Source of the DNA: an uncultured cyanobacterium
Lineage (GTDB): Bacteria > Cyanobacteriota > Cyanobacteriia > Cyanobacteriales > CAWUOF01
Assembly (NCBI GenBank): GCA_963744145.1
Contig: CAVUSO010000001.1
Coordinates: forward strand, 3,808,001-3,872,000
Direction: 5' to 3'
DNA length: 64,000 nucleotides
The translations under genes were made by a program, and so were the position numbers. This document shows, one piece after another, positions 21,474 through 31,793 of the stretch. The notes beneath the pieces were generated by a model. That model was not told the origin of the DNA. It was given only the letters and a program-made list of their open reading frames with translations, and made no database searches. The number at the start of each line of letters is the position of its first letter. The first letter of the stretch is position 1.

Positions 21474-22616
21474 ATGCTGAATTTTAACAATCTGATTCGC
21501 AGATCTAACCGTTGGGTAAAGACCTTTATCCTCTCATTCCTGTTGGTTTTTCTGTTTTTGGGAATTAACCCAGCTGATGCGGCTTTATTTGGGCGAAATG
21601 GTGGTTTACCATCGGGAAATGCAATTACTGATGGTAAAGCCCTCTTACGGTATTCTTTACCAATTGATAATCAGTCAATCCGTGAAATTCAAATTAATTT
21701 GGAAGATATATACAATGAATTACGGGGGAAACGCTGGAATAATATATCTCAGAAAATCAGTCAAACTGAAAAAATTTTGAGTTTTCACGCATCTGATCTA
21801 ATTGCCAGCGTACCGGACTCGAAAAAACCGGAAGCTGAATTACTGTTCCAGAAGTTGCAAACTGGGATAGCAAATATCCGTGATGCTGTTAAATCTAAGG
21901 ATAAGCAAGCAACTACTCTTCAACGTTCTCAACTGCTGGAAATAGTTGGTCAGCTAGAAGAAGCGATGGTAGCACAATTTCCCTTTCAAAGTCCTCCAGA
22001 ATACCGTCATCTACCCTACTTAAAAGGTCGTGCTACGGTAGAAATGACTACGGATAAAGGAAATATTACTCTGATCGTTGATGGTTATAGTGCGCCAATT
22101 ACTGCTGGCAATTTTGTGGATTTAGTTCAGCGCGGTTTTTATAATGGTCTTGAGTTTACCCGTGCTGAAGATTCTTATGTTTTACAAGCTGGTGACCCTC
22201 CTGGTCCAGATAATGGGTTTATTGATCCTACTACTGGTAAATACCGTGCTATTCCTTTAGAAGTTCTGGTGAAAGGTGATTCTGCTCCTTTCTATGGAAT
22301 TACTCTCGAAGATGCTGGTCGTTATCGGGATGAACCTGTTTTACCTTTTTCTGCTTATGGTACTGTGGCAATGGCTCGTCCCGAAACTGATGCTAATGGT
22401 GCTTCTTCTCAATTTTTCTTTTTCCTGTTTGAAGCTGAGTTGACTCCAGCTGGACGCAATTTGTTAGATGGTCGTTATGCGGTTTTTGGTTATGTGGTTG
22501 AAGGTCAGGAAGTTCTCGGTCAGCTTAAAGCTGGGGACAAAATTAAATCTGCTCAAGTTGTTCAAGGAGCTGAATATTTATCCCCACCCTTAAGCACAAC
22601 TGAACCTGTTTCCTAA
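21474..22616 (+). CDS. Cyclophilin-type peptidyl-prolyl isomerase (CYP38/TLP40-like)
   Basis: Signal peptide, LP.GNAITD..ALLRYSLP, helical bundle, DGYSAP.TAGNFVDLV and LDGRYAVFG. Confidence 0.9.
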   Translation: MLNFNNLIRRSNRWVKTFILSFLLVFLFLGINPADAALFGRNGGLPSGNAITDGKALLRYSLPIDNQSIREIQINLEDIYNELRGKRWNNISQKISQTEKILSFHASDLIASVPDSKKPEAELLFQKLQTGIANIRDAVKSKDKQATTLQRSQLLEIVGQLEEAMVAQFPFQSPPEYRHLPYLKGRATVEMTTDKGNITLIVDGYSAPITAGNFVDLVQRGFYNGLEFTRAEDSYVLQAGDPPGPDNGFIDPTTGKYRAIPLEVLVKGDSAPFYGITLEDAGRYRDEPVLPFSAYGTVAMARPETDANGASSQFFFFLFEAELTPAGRNLLDGRYAVFGYVVEGQEVLGQLKAGDKIKSAQVVQGAEYLSPPLSTTEPVS

Positions 22617-22679
22617 AATTAACCGGAGCAGATAGTTATCTGCTCCGGTAGCTGGAAACTATATTGATGAGGTTTTCAT

Positions 22680-22982
22680 ATGGCAATTCTAGAAGTTATT
22701 TTTGTTGTTGCTTTGGGGATTTTACTAGGATTATTGCTGTTAAATGCTCTGAATAATCAACAACAGCAACGACAGTTAGAAGATGCTTTTTATCGATTAC
22801 TTGAAATTCAAAATGGTCAGATTTCTCTGATTCAGTTAACGGTTGCTGCTCGCGTTAATGCGGAATTAGCACAACAATATTTAGAGCGTCAAATCCAATT
22901 TTTTAGTGCTAGCCTAGAAGTTGATGCTGATGGGGATACTTTTTATCGCTTTCCGAAGTTACGCTTACCAGAGAAAGGCTGA
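22680..22982 (+). CDS. Small membrane-anchored hypothetical protein
   Basis: N-terminal TM helix; GAGG Shine-Dalgarno upstream. Confidence 0.65.
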   Translation: MAILEVIFVVALGILLGLLLLNALNNQQQQRQLEDAFYRLLEIQNGQISLIQLTVAARVNAELAQQYLERQIQFFSASLEVDADGDTFYRFPKLRLPEKG

Positions 22983-23084
22983 TTGATCTAACTGAAAAAA
23001 TGATAATTTTGTCGATTTAATGATTAAACTTAGATTAAATTATATTTAAGTAAAATTGCCCGCAATTAATAAGGAAGGTTTTTT

Positions 23085-24080
23085 CTGCTAGTTAGAGAAA
23101 TTGGAGAAAAAGGACTTTTAAAGTTATTACAGAGTTTCTGTCCCCCAGAAATTGTCGGTGATGATGCGGCAATCCTAGCAACTGAATCTGGGCGATCGCT
23201 GGTAATAACAACAGATATGTTAGTTGATGGAGTACATTTTAGCGATCGCACGACTGCTCCAGAAGATGCAGGCTGGCGTGCGGCTACTGCTAATTTATCA
23301 GATTTAGCGGCGATGGGAGCTAGTCCGATCGCAATTACCGTGGGATTGGGTTTGAGAGGAGATACCCCAGTTGATTGGGTCGAGCGACTATATCAAGGAA
23401 TGACTAACTGTCTTGAGCAATATCAGACCCAAATTGTGGGTGGAGATGTAGTGCGATCGCCAATCAATACCATATCAATTACAGCAATTGGACAAGTTCA
23501 ACCCGATCGGGTAATTCATCGTGGGGTAGCTCAACCGGGAGATGAGATTGTAGTTACCGGAGCGCATGGTGCAGCGCGAGCTGGGTTAGAATTACTACTT
23601 GACCCAAATATCGGTCAGCATCTCTCAGCTAGCGATCGACAATTTTTAATTCAAGCACACCAAAGACCCGTCCCCAGATTAGACATATTACCGATCTTGA
23701 CCGAAATTTTGGCGACCGATGCACCATATCAGATTGCCGGGATGGATAGTAGTGACGGTTTAGCTGATGCGATCAGTCAAATTGCCATCAGTAGTGGAGT
23801 TGGGGCCAAAATCGATCGGCAGTTAATCCCGATTCCCACAGCACTTAATTTATTTACTAGCGCCGAAGTATCCCTGAATTATGTCCTATATGGTGGAGAA
23901 GATTTTGAACTTGTTCTGTGTTTACCATCGGAAAAAGCCCAGCTTTTAGTACAAAAGCTGGGAAAAGGGGCCGCTATTATTGGCCACATCACTAAATGCC
24001 CAGATATTTTCTTAGTAGACTCGCAATCAACCGACCAGAAGCAGATGATTAATCTCAAGTTAGGGTTTCAGCATTTTTGA
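23085..24080 (+). CDS. thiL: Thiamine-monophosphate kinase; probable CTG start
   Basis: Motifs VREIGE.GL..GDDAA, TTDMLVDGVHF, NLSDLAAMG, GMDSSDGL and GGEDFEL. The conserved N-terminus lies upstream of the ATG at 23217. Confidence 0.93.
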   Translation: MLVREIGEKGLLKLLQSFCPPEIVGDDAAILATESGRSLVITTDMLVDGVHFSDRTTAPEDAGWRAATANLSDLAAMGASPIAITVGLGLRGDTPVDWVERLYQGMTNCLEQYQTQIVGGDVVRSPINTISITAIGQVQPDRVIHRGVAQPGDEIVVTGAHGAARAGLELLLDPNIGQHLSASDRQFLIQAHQRPVPRLDILPILTEILATDAPYQIAGMDSSDGLADAISQIAISSGVGAKIDRQLIPIPTALNLFTSAEVSLNYVLYGGEDFELVLCLPSEKAQLLVQKLGKGAAIIGHITKCPDIFLVDSQSTDQKQMINLKLGFQHF

Positions 24081-24083
24081 GAG

Positions 24084-25097
24084 CTAAGACTGCCATTTTT
24101 GAGCCACCAATTCTGCTAAATCAACTACTCGTTGACTGTAGCCCCACTCATTATCATACCAAGACACAACTTTCACCATGTCGCCACCCATGACCATCGT
24201 CAGACTAGCATCAACAATCGAAGAAGCATCATGTCCTCGATAGTCAGATGAAACCAAAGGTAAGTCATTGTATTCGAGGATTCCTTTCATGGAACCTTCT
24301 GCGGTTTCTTTCAGAACTTCATTCACCTGTTCAGCAAAGGTATGTTTTTCCACCTGAACTACCAAATCCACCACCGAAACGTTAGGAGTTGGCACCCGCA
24401 TAGCGATTCCATTTAATTTGCCTTTCAGGTCTGGAATGACCAGAGCCACAGCTTTGGCAGCTCCAGTAGAGGTCGGCACAATATTCATTGCCGCCGCTCT
24501 AGCTCGTCGAGGATCGCGGTGACTTGAGTCAAGTAACCGCTGGTCACCAGTATAACTATGGGTGGTAGTCATAGTGCCTTTAATGATCCCGAAATGCTCA
24601 TGCAATACCTTAGCGACTGGGGCTAAACAATTGGTAGTGCAACTAGCATTGCTAATAATGACGTGCTTTTGATGTTCATAGGTTTCATGATTGACCCCCA
24701 CCACAAAAGTTCCGTCCTCATCTTTACCAGGAGCCGTAATCAGCACCTTTTTAGCACCAGCTTTTAAATGCTTAGAAGCTCCTGCTTTGTCGATAAACAC
24801 CCCAGTCGATTCGATAATCAGATCAATTCCCCACTCTGCCCAGGGCAAGTTTTCTGGATTACGATCTGATACGCATTTAGCGGTTTTGCCATTAACTGTG
24901 ATGGAGTTCTCATCTGCACTAATGTCAGCTTTAAACGTCCCCAGCATGGAATCGTATTTCAGCAGGTGGGCGTTGGTTTTTGGGTCAGAAGTGTCGTTAA
25001 TACCGACTACTTCTAATTGGCTATTTTCTCGACCCAGCCAGCATCGCATGAAGTTACGTCCGATGCGTCCAAACCCGTTGATCGCGACTCTAATCAC
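24084..25097 (-). CDS. gap2: Glyceraldehyde-3-phosphate dehydrogenase (NAD(P)-dependent Gap2)
   Basis: Motifs [32 protein letters not shown] and WYDNEWGYS. Confidence 0.95.
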   Translation of the reverse strand: MIRVAINGFGRIGRNFMRCWLGRENSQLEVVGINDTSDPKTNAHLLKYDSMLGTFKADISADENSITVNGKTAKCVSDRNPENLPWAEWGIDLIIESTGVFIDKAGASKHLKAGAKKVLITAPGKDEDGTFVVGVNHETYEHQKHVIISNASCTTNCLAPVAKVLHEHFGIIKGTMTTTHSYTGDQRLLDSSHRDPRRARAAAMNIVPTSTGAAKAVALVIPDLKGKLNGIAMRVPTPNVSVVDLVVQVEKHTFAEQVNEVLKETAEGSMKGILEYNDLPLVSSDYRGHDASSIVDASLTMVMGGDMVKVVSWYDNEWGYSQRVVDLAELVAQKWQS

Positions 25098-25564
25098 TGC
25101 GTCTTGCCCTCTGTATACTTAAATTAGGTGCTTAGTAATCCCCACATCATATCGCAAAGGGTGTCAGATTCTTTTTTTTTCGTTTCTCGACCTGATTTAC
25201 TGATTTTGCCCATCAATTCCCGACCGTCTCCAGCACGATCAGCATTTTTTTTTCTTTAGTCCCGGATTTACTGGTAAAGTAAATCGGCAGCTTAACAGGT
25301 AGATAAAATTAAAAATTTTCACCAGTTAATCTGGGTTTTGGTTGATGATTTTTCGGAAAATAGCCGGATAATAGATGAAGTGACCAGAAGCCAGCAGTTA
25401 AGGATGTGATGATCAAAACATCACTCTACCACCTCTCCAAATCGGTGGAAAAGATATGGAAAACGAGTAATCGGAAATCTCGTGATAATGCTGTATCGTG
25501 AAAAAACAATTACTGCTATGATATCGCGTATTATTGGTGCCGTGTGGTGTGTAAGGAGCGTTGG

Positions 25565-27100
25565 ATGCTGAATTCTGTTGATTTCAGTGGCAGACCGTTT
25601 CATTTCATCGGCATTGGTGGAATTGGGATGTCGGCCCTTGCCTACATTTTAGCCAAACGTCAGTTGCCTGTATCTGGTTCAGATATTCGCTCAAGCCACA
25701 TTACTCAGCGTTTGCAGGAGAGTGGTGCTCATATTTTTGGTAGTCAAGATCCAACCAATTTTGATTTTTTTCAATCTCAGTCAAATTTCCCAAATGAGAC
25801 AGTTTTAGAGAAATCATCTTGTCTGTTATCGACTGGGGGACAAGGAGCAACAAGCTCGACTCGGAAGGAAACTAATCGAGTTAATCGTCAACAGACATGG
25901 TTTGGATTACCCCAAGTGATTTGTTCGACAGCGATTCAAACAGCTAATGCTGAGTATCAAGCAGCTCAAGATTTAGGATGTCCGATTTTTCATCGGGCAG
26001 AGCTATTAGCAGCTTTGAGTCAGGACTACCATCACAGTATTTTGGTCGCTGGTACTCATGGAAAAACTACCACTAGTAGTTTGATGGGCTACCTGCTGTT
26101 ACAGGCAAATTTAGACCCAACGATTGTAGTCGGTGGAGAGGTAAATGCTTGGGAAGGGAATGCTCGATTGGGACATAGTTCCTATTTGGTCGCAGAAGCC
26201 GATGAATCTGATGGTTCTCTGGTTAAACTAGCCGCAGAAATAGGCGTAATCACCAATATTGAACTGGATCATCCTGACCACTATGATAACCTCGAAGAAG
26301 TAATTGCTACTTTTCAGGTGTTTGCCAAAAGGTGTAAAAAAGTGGTGGCTTGCATTGATTGTGCGACAGTTCGCGATCGCTTGCCAGCTACAGTTACTTA
26401 TAGTCTTGATTGGTCGCTGGGTGCTGACTATACGGTTGATCATGTTGTCTATCAGTCCGATGGTACAACCGCAGATATTTGGGAAAGGGGAAAAAAATTA
26501 GGTCAGCTCAAATTAAAATTGTTGGGAAAACATAATCTCAATAATGCCTTGGCTGTGGTCGCGGTAGGACGATTGTTAGAGTTAGAGTTTGCAACCATCA
26601 CGAAGGCGATCGCCACTTTTCCAGGTGCTCGTCGTCGGTTTGAATATCGTGGTGAAGCTAACGGTATTTTGTTTATTGATGATTATGCTCACCATCCGAG
26701 TGAAATTCGTGCTACTCTAGCTGCGGCTCGCTTACAAGCTGGTAAGCGTCGGGTTGTTGCCATTTTCCAACCCCATCGTTATAGTCGCACTCTGGCATTT
26801 TTAGCAGAATTTGCTGAGTCCTTTAACGATGCTGATGTCGTCATTCTTACGGATATTTACGGTGCAGGTGAACAGAATTTGCAACAAATTAGTGGTCAAA
26901 CAATTGCTAATTTAATTGCCGATCGGTTTCATCCCAGGGTGTCCTATCAACCGTCCCTCCAATCGGTTGCGACATTGCTCAAGACCACCCTACTTCCTGG
27001 GGATCTAGCCTTATTTTTAGGAGCTGGGAATATCAATCAAATTATTCCCGAAGTGATCGCTTTTTATGAAAAGGCTGTCCCTATTCAGGTGGGAGGGTAA
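25565..27100 (+). CDS. murC: UDP-N-acetylmuramate--L-alanine ligase
   Basis: Motifs HFIGIGGIGMSAL, GTHGKTTT, EADESDGS, DDYAHHPSE and FQPHRYSR. Confidence 0.97.
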   Translation: MLNSVDFSGRPFHFIGIGGIGMSALAYILAKRQLPVSGSDIRSSHITQRLQESGAHIFGSQDPTNFDFFQSQSNFPNETVLEKSSCLLSTGGQGATSSTRKETNRVNRQQTWFGLPQVICSTAIQTANAEYQAAQDLGCPIFHRAELLAALSQDYHHSILVAGTHGKTTTSSLMGYLLLQANLDPTIVVGGEVNAWEGNARLGHSSYLVAEADESDGSLVKLAAEIGVITNIELDHPDHYDNLEEVIATFQVFAKRCKKVVACIDCATVRDRLPATVTYSLDWSLGADYTVDHVVYQSDGTTADIWERGKKLGQLKLKLLGKHNLNNALAVVAVGRLLELEFATITKAIATFPGARRRFEYRGEANGILFIDDYAHHPSEIRATLAAARLQAGKRRVVAIFQPHRYSRTLAFLAEFAESFNDADVVILTDIYGAGEQNLQQISGQTIANLIADRFHPRVSYQPSLQSVATLLKTTLLPGDLALFLGAGNINQIIPEVIAFYEKAVPIQVGG

Positions 27101-27205
27101 GCGCGAGATCGTTGGTATTAGTAATGCGATCAACTAGCTGTAATTCCTACTCAGTTGGTAGGTTTAGCGCGAGATCGTTGGTATTAGTAGCGTAATCGCC
27201 TAGCT
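27082..27205 (+). repeat. 66-bp-period imperfect tandem duplication covering the murC 3' end
   Basis: GCGCGAGATCGTTGGTATTAGTA is identical at 27101 and 27167; the flanks are also similar. Confidence 0.8.
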
Positions 27206-27264
27206 TTTGACAATGAAACTTGAAAACAGTTTATCACCCAGGGAAGTGAAATAATTCTATAGTC

Positions 27265-28284
27265 ATGACTCTTTCCTATGAATCTCCAAACTTACTACAT
27301 CCTGCTAGTTTGTTTGTTTCAACCGACCCCAGTCATTCCCCTCATAATTACCGTAAACAACAGCCGATTCAATTGCCAGATAGCAGTTGTCTAATTAAAC
27401 CCCAAGTTCCCTTACATAAACTGACATCCTTTCGAGTCGGTGGACCAGCAGAATGGTATATTGATCCCCGTCGTTTAGAAGACTTACAAGCAAGTTTTGC
27501 TTGGGCTAAAGCTGAAGGTGTACCGATTACCTTGTTAGGTGCTGGCTCGAATTTGTTGATCAGCGATCAGGGGATTCCCGGTTTAGTGATCTGTACCCGT
27601 CATCTACGTCAAACTCATTTTGATCCTGAAACCGGTCAAGTAACAGCAGCTGCGGGTGAACCAATTCCCCAGTTAGCTCGGCAAGCAGCAGAGCGAGGAT
27701 GGCAAGGAATGGAATGGGCTGTAGGGATTCCCGGTACAGTTGGGGGCGCTGTCGTCATGAATGCGGGCGCTCATGGTGACTGTATTGCTGATATCCTGGT
27801 TAACGCTCATATACTTTCTCCCCATAACCGAACAGAAATTCTGACTCCCCAAGAGCTGGGCTATCGCTATCGCACCTCGATGCTCCAAGATGGCAATGGT
27901 GAATTAGGCATAAAAATCCCGCGGTTGGTCACTCAGGCCACATTTCAGCTTAAACCTGGAGCTGATCCCGCCTTGGTTATGGCCACAACCACCCAGCATT
28001 GGGAACAACGACGCACGACCCAACCTTACCACTTACCCAGTTGTGGTAGTGTCTTTCGCAATCCTCACGCTTACAAAGCTGGCTGGTTAATTGAACAAAC
28101 GGGTTTAAAAGGTTATCGGATTGGTGCAGCTGAAGTCGCTCAACGTCATGCCAATTTTATTCTCAACTGCGGAGGAGCAAAAGCTAGCGATATTTTTCAA
28201 CTGATTCATCATGTACAGCAGCAAGTTCAAGCACGTTGGGATCTGATATTAGAACCGGAAGTTAAAATAATTGGAGAGTTCTAG
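27265..28284 (+). CDS. murB: UDP-N-acetylenolpyruvoylglucosamine reductase
   Basis: Motifs [40 protein letters not shown] and HANFILN. Confidence 0.97.
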   Translation: MTLSYESPNLLHPASLFVSTDPSHSPHNYRKQQPIQLPDSSCLIKPQVPLHKLTSFRVGGPAEWYIDPRRLEDLQASFAWAKAEGVPITLLGAGSNLLISDQGIPGLVICTRHLRQTHFDPETGQVTAAAGEPIPQLARQAAERGWQGMEWAVGIPGTVGGAVVMNAGAHGDCIADILVNAHILSPHNRTEILTPQELGYRYRTSMLQDGNGELGIKIPRLVTQATFQLKPGADPALVMATTTQHWEQRRTTQPYHLPSCGSVFRNPHAYKAGWLIEQTGLKGYRIGAAEVAQRHANFILNCGGAKASDIFQLIHHVQQQVQARWDLILEPEVKIIGEF

Positions 28285-28551
28285 GATTAAATTATTTTGG
28301 CCAATAGCAGCCGATCGCAACTTGGGGTGTCTTTTTTTAGCGATAGGATGATCTAAAAACCAGGAACTGAAAAAACTCACTCAATTAAAGATGGTGGCAA
28401 GTTACCAGAGAATTACCATAGTTTAGACCAGCCTGTGTCAAACTAAGAGATAGAGATCAAAACGTAGATAATCACTCTAGGCCGCTTGTCTTAAGGAAAT
28501 ATATTATTGCTCTTGAGATTTGCGCCTAGTTCATCCCACGCTAATTAGATT

Positions 28552-28902
28552 ATGACCAAAGGACAAGGACAAGGATTTGGCTTCGGCCTGGGCAAGATGA
28601 AAGAACTGACTGAAGCTTTCAAAAAAGCCCAGCAAGTGCAAGAAGGTGCCAAAAAACTCCAAGAAGAATTGGAACAGATGGAAATTGAAGGGCAAGCTGG
28701 TGGTGGTTTAGTTAAGGTTGTTCTTAGTGGCAACCAAGAACCCCGCAGCGTGACAATTTCTCCAGATGTCTTAGGAGAAGGAGCAGAGGTGGTTTCTGAT
28801 CTAGTTACTGCTGCTATGAAAGATGCCTATCATAAGTCCACAGAAACTATGCGGAACAAAATGGAAGAATTAACTGGTGGACTTAATCTGCCTGGTTTGT
28901 AA
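28552..28902 (+). CDS. YbaB/EbfC nucleoid-associated protein
   Basis: Motif [29 protein letters not shown]. Confidence 0.92.
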   Translation: MTKGQGQGFGFGLGKMKELTEAFKKAQQVQEGAKKLQEELEQMEIEGQAGGGLVKVVLSGNQEPRSVTISPDVLGEGAEVVSDLVTAAMKDAYHKSTETMRNKMEELTGGLNLPGL

Positions 28903-29008
28903 CTAACATCGATTAAATTACCACTGGATGTTAATATCCTGAAATTAGACCGATCATAATTTATGTATCGGTCAATTTTTTCTTGACTAACTATTGATCT
29001 AAGATGCG

Positions 29009-29491
29009 ATGAAAATACTGTTTGTTTGTCTTGGTAATATCTGTCGCAGTCCAGCGGCTGAGAATATTATGAATGATCTAATTAAAAAGGCTAACTTAGG
29101 CGATCGCTTAAGTTGCGATTCTGCTGGTACGGCTGGTTATCATATTGGTAGTCCACCTGATGCCAGGATGAGTGCGGCTGGGTTGCGACGTGGAATAACT
29201 TTTCAGGGTAAAGCACGTCAGTTTACCAGAGCTGATTTTTCAGATTTTGATTTAATTTTGGCGATGGATCGAGAGAATTATCGGGATATTCTGAGGCTTG
29301 ATCCAGATGGTAAATACAAAGATAAAGTAAAAATGATGTGTGAATTTTGTACTCATCACACTCTTAAAGAAGTACCCGATCCCTATTATGGCGGTCCAGA
29401 AGGCTTTAATCAAGTGCTTGATTTACTCGAAGATGCCTGTGCAGGATTATTACAGTATATTCAGGCAGAATCTGAAAAAATCTCGCACTAA
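29009..29491 (+). CDS. Low-molecular-weight protein tyrosine phosphatase
   Basis: VCLGNICRS P-loop and DPYYGG. Confidence 0.95.
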   Translation: MKILFVCLGNICRSPAAENIMNDLIKKANLGDRLSCDSAGTAGYHIGSPPDARMSAAGLRRGITFQGKARQFTRADFSDFDLILAMDRENYRDILRLDPDGKYKDKVKMMCEFCTHHTLKEVPDPYYGGPEGFNQVLDLLEDACAGLLQYIQAESEKISH

Positions 29492-29558
29492 AATAGTGGT
29501 AGATTAGACCCTCAATAGGTTTTATTTTTTGATGCTTTTTTCTTCAGGAGATTTTTCG

Positions 29559-30173
29559 ATGATCCAAGCATTAACCAAACCGATCACATTTGACAATTTT
29601 CTCGACTGGTATCCAGATCACTCAGAATACCGATACGAATTACACCGAGGAGTTATTGTTCAAATGCCTAATGCAACTGGTTTTCATTCACAGGTAGGGG
29701 GTTTTTTAATAGCTGAATCAATTTTAGAAATCAGACGAACAAAACTACCTTATTTTGTTCCTAGAGACTGTATTGTTAAAACTGCGGATGATACAGGCTA
29801 TGAACCTGATGTGATTGTACTTGATACCAGAGCGATCAATAATGAACCTCGCTGGTCAAAAGGTTCTACGATCGAAATGGGTTCATCTGTAATTATAATT
29901 GTGGAAATAGTTAGCACTAATTGGCGAGATGACTATTTAACGAAAGCTGCTAGTTATGAAGCAATGGGTATTCCTGAATACTGGATTGTTGACTATCTTG
30001 GTTTAGGTGGTAGAAGGTTCATTGGTAATCCCAAACAACCAACTATTTCAGTTTATCAATTGGTTGATGGTGAGTATCAAATTAATCAATTTCGTGGTAA
30101 TGAGCGGATTGAGTCGATCGCCTTCCCAGAACTAAATTTAACAGCAGAACAGATTTTTCAAGCCGGATTGTGA
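29559..30173 (+). CDS. Uma2 family endonuclease-like protein
   Basis: Motifs YELHRG, YEPDVIV, VEIVSTNWRDDY and GIPEYWIVD; AGGAG SD upstream of 29559. Confidence 0.88.
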   Translation: MIQALTKPITFDNFLDWYPDHSEYRYELHRGVIVQMPNATGFHSQVGGFLIAESILEIRRTKLPYFVPRDCIVKTADDTGYEPDVIVLDTRAINNEPRWSKGSTIEMGSSVIIIVEIVSTNWRDDYLTKAASYEAMGIPEYWIVDYLGLGGRRFIGNPKQPTISVYQLVDGEYQINQFRGNERIESIAFPELNLTAEQIFQAGL

Positions 30174-30178
30174 TCGGA

Positions 30179-31765
30179 TTAATGAGCAACAGTACCTCCG
30201 GCTGGTTTTACCTTTTTGAAAAATAAAATAGCTAACCCACTGAGTAATAAAGCCCAAGCGACAAAATAAAAACAATCGTTAAATGCCATCAAATAAGATT
30301 GAAGACGGACTTGATTACTAATCGCAGCGATCGCTTGATTTTGCGCTGTCGCTAGATCCGTACCTTTACTGATAAAAAACTGAGTCATTTGCTGAATTTG
30401 CTGCTGGGCGATCGGATTATACAGAGAAATCGCTTCACCCAAACGATTAGAATGAAATTGTTGTCTTTGGGTTAGTAAAGTAGCTAGAGCCGCGATCCCC
30501 ATTGATCCTCCCATATTACGCATCATATTAAACAAACCAGAAGCAGAACCAGCTACGGCTGGACTTAAATCCGCAGTCGCGATCGAAGTTAAGGGAACCA
30601 TAATTAAAGGTTGTCCCATCGCTCGCACAATTTGGGAAAATCGGAGTTGATCTAACCCACTATCGGGACTCATCCCCGAATTCATAAAAGCACTTAAAGC
30701 AAACAAGCTGACACCAACAGCAATCATGATGCGGATATCAAAACGCTGCATCATTTTTGGCACTAAGGGAATAATAAATAATTGTGGCATTCCAGCCCAA
30801 ACTAACACTTCCCCAATTTGCATGGCATTATATCCCTGAATCTGAGATAAATAGAGGGGCAAAATATATACGGAACCATATAACCCCACTCCCACAGAGA
30901 TATTAACAATACTAGCTAATCCAAAATTCCGATGCCCTAAGATCCGTAAATTAATAAACGGATGTTTGCGAGTAAATTCAATTACTAAAAAGATCGAGAG
31001 AAAAATTACAGCAGTTACAGTTAACCAACAAATTAAATCCGAACTAAACCAATCCTTGCGACTACCTTCTTCTAAAACTACCTGTAAAGAACTCAAGCCG
31101 ATCGCCATGGTAATAATCCCACCCCAGTCACCTTGTTTAAGGAGATGCAATTGTGGTTGTTCAACTTTAATACCGTAGAACACAAAAGCGAGCATGAGTA
31201 ATCCTGGTAAGAAATTTAGATAGAAAATATATTGCCAACCATAGTTGTCCGTCAACCATCCTCCTAAAGTCGGTCCGATCGAAGGAGCAAAAGTAGCAGT
31301 AATCCCAAACATCGCTAAACCGATCGGTTGTTTGGCTGGAGGTAAGGAGGTGATCACTACGGTAAAAGACATGGGGATTAATATTCCACCAGTAAATCCT
31401 TGTAAAGCACGAAATAGAATCATGGAATTCAAATCCCATGACCAAGCGCAACAGATGGAAAATAGGATAAAAAAGGTTGCATTCACTAGCAGATACAGAC
31501 GCTTAGAGAAAACTTGTGATAACCATCCACTGAGGGGAATTACCACAATTTCAGCGACTAAATAAGCAGTTGAGATCCAAGACCCTTCTTCTAAGGTAGC
31601 TCCCAAAGCAGCTTGGATATCTTTGAGAGACGAGTTAGTAATCTGGATATCAAGTACAGCCATAAACGCACCAATCATGGTGCCCATGATCCCGATCCAG
31701 GTTCTCAGAGAAACATGATCTGCTGAAGGTTTCTGTTCTAGGTTGTTAATTGTTGGAGTATTCAT
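30179..31765 (-). CDS. DHA2 family (EmrB/QacA) MFS efflux permease
   Basis: Motifs GAFMAVLDIQI, SWISTAYLVAE, FRALQGF.GG and ASGLFNMMRN.GGS.G; many TM segments. Confidence 0.92.
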   Translation of the reverse strand: MNTPTINNLEQKPSADHVSLRTWIGIMGTMIGAFMAVLDIQITNSSLKDIQAALGATLEEGSWISTAYLVAEIVVIPLSGWLSQVFSKRLYLLVNATFFILFSICCAWSWDLNSMILFRALQGFTGGILIPMSFTVVITSLPPAKQPIGLAMFGITATFAPSIGPTLGGWLTDNYGWQYIFYLNFLPGLLMLAFVFYGIKVEQPQLHLLKQGDWGGIITMAIGLSSLQVVLEEGSRKDWFSSDLICWLTVTAVIFLSIFLVIEFTRKHPFINLRILGHRNFGLASIVNISVGVGLYGSVYILPLYLSQIQGYNAMQIGEVLVWAGMPQLFIIPLVPKMMQRFDIRIMIAVGVSLFALSAFMNSGMSPDSGLDQLRFSQIVRAMGQPLIMVPLTSIATADLSPAVAGSASGLFNMMRNMGGSMGIAALATLLTQRQQFHSNRLGEAISLYNPIAQQQIQQMTQFFISKGTDLATAQNQAIAAISNQVRLQSYLMAFNDCFYFVAWALLLSGLAILFFKKVKPAGGTVAH

Positions 31766-31793
31766 CGGTAACGCTTCACTTCTCTATTCCAAT

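Noticed and set aside
24691..25122. Antisense ORFs over gap2 (also over efp, the EmrB gene, the lipoprotein, the kinases and the CHAT gene)
   Set aside because: Shadow ORFs opposite well-supported genes, with no recognisable motifs.
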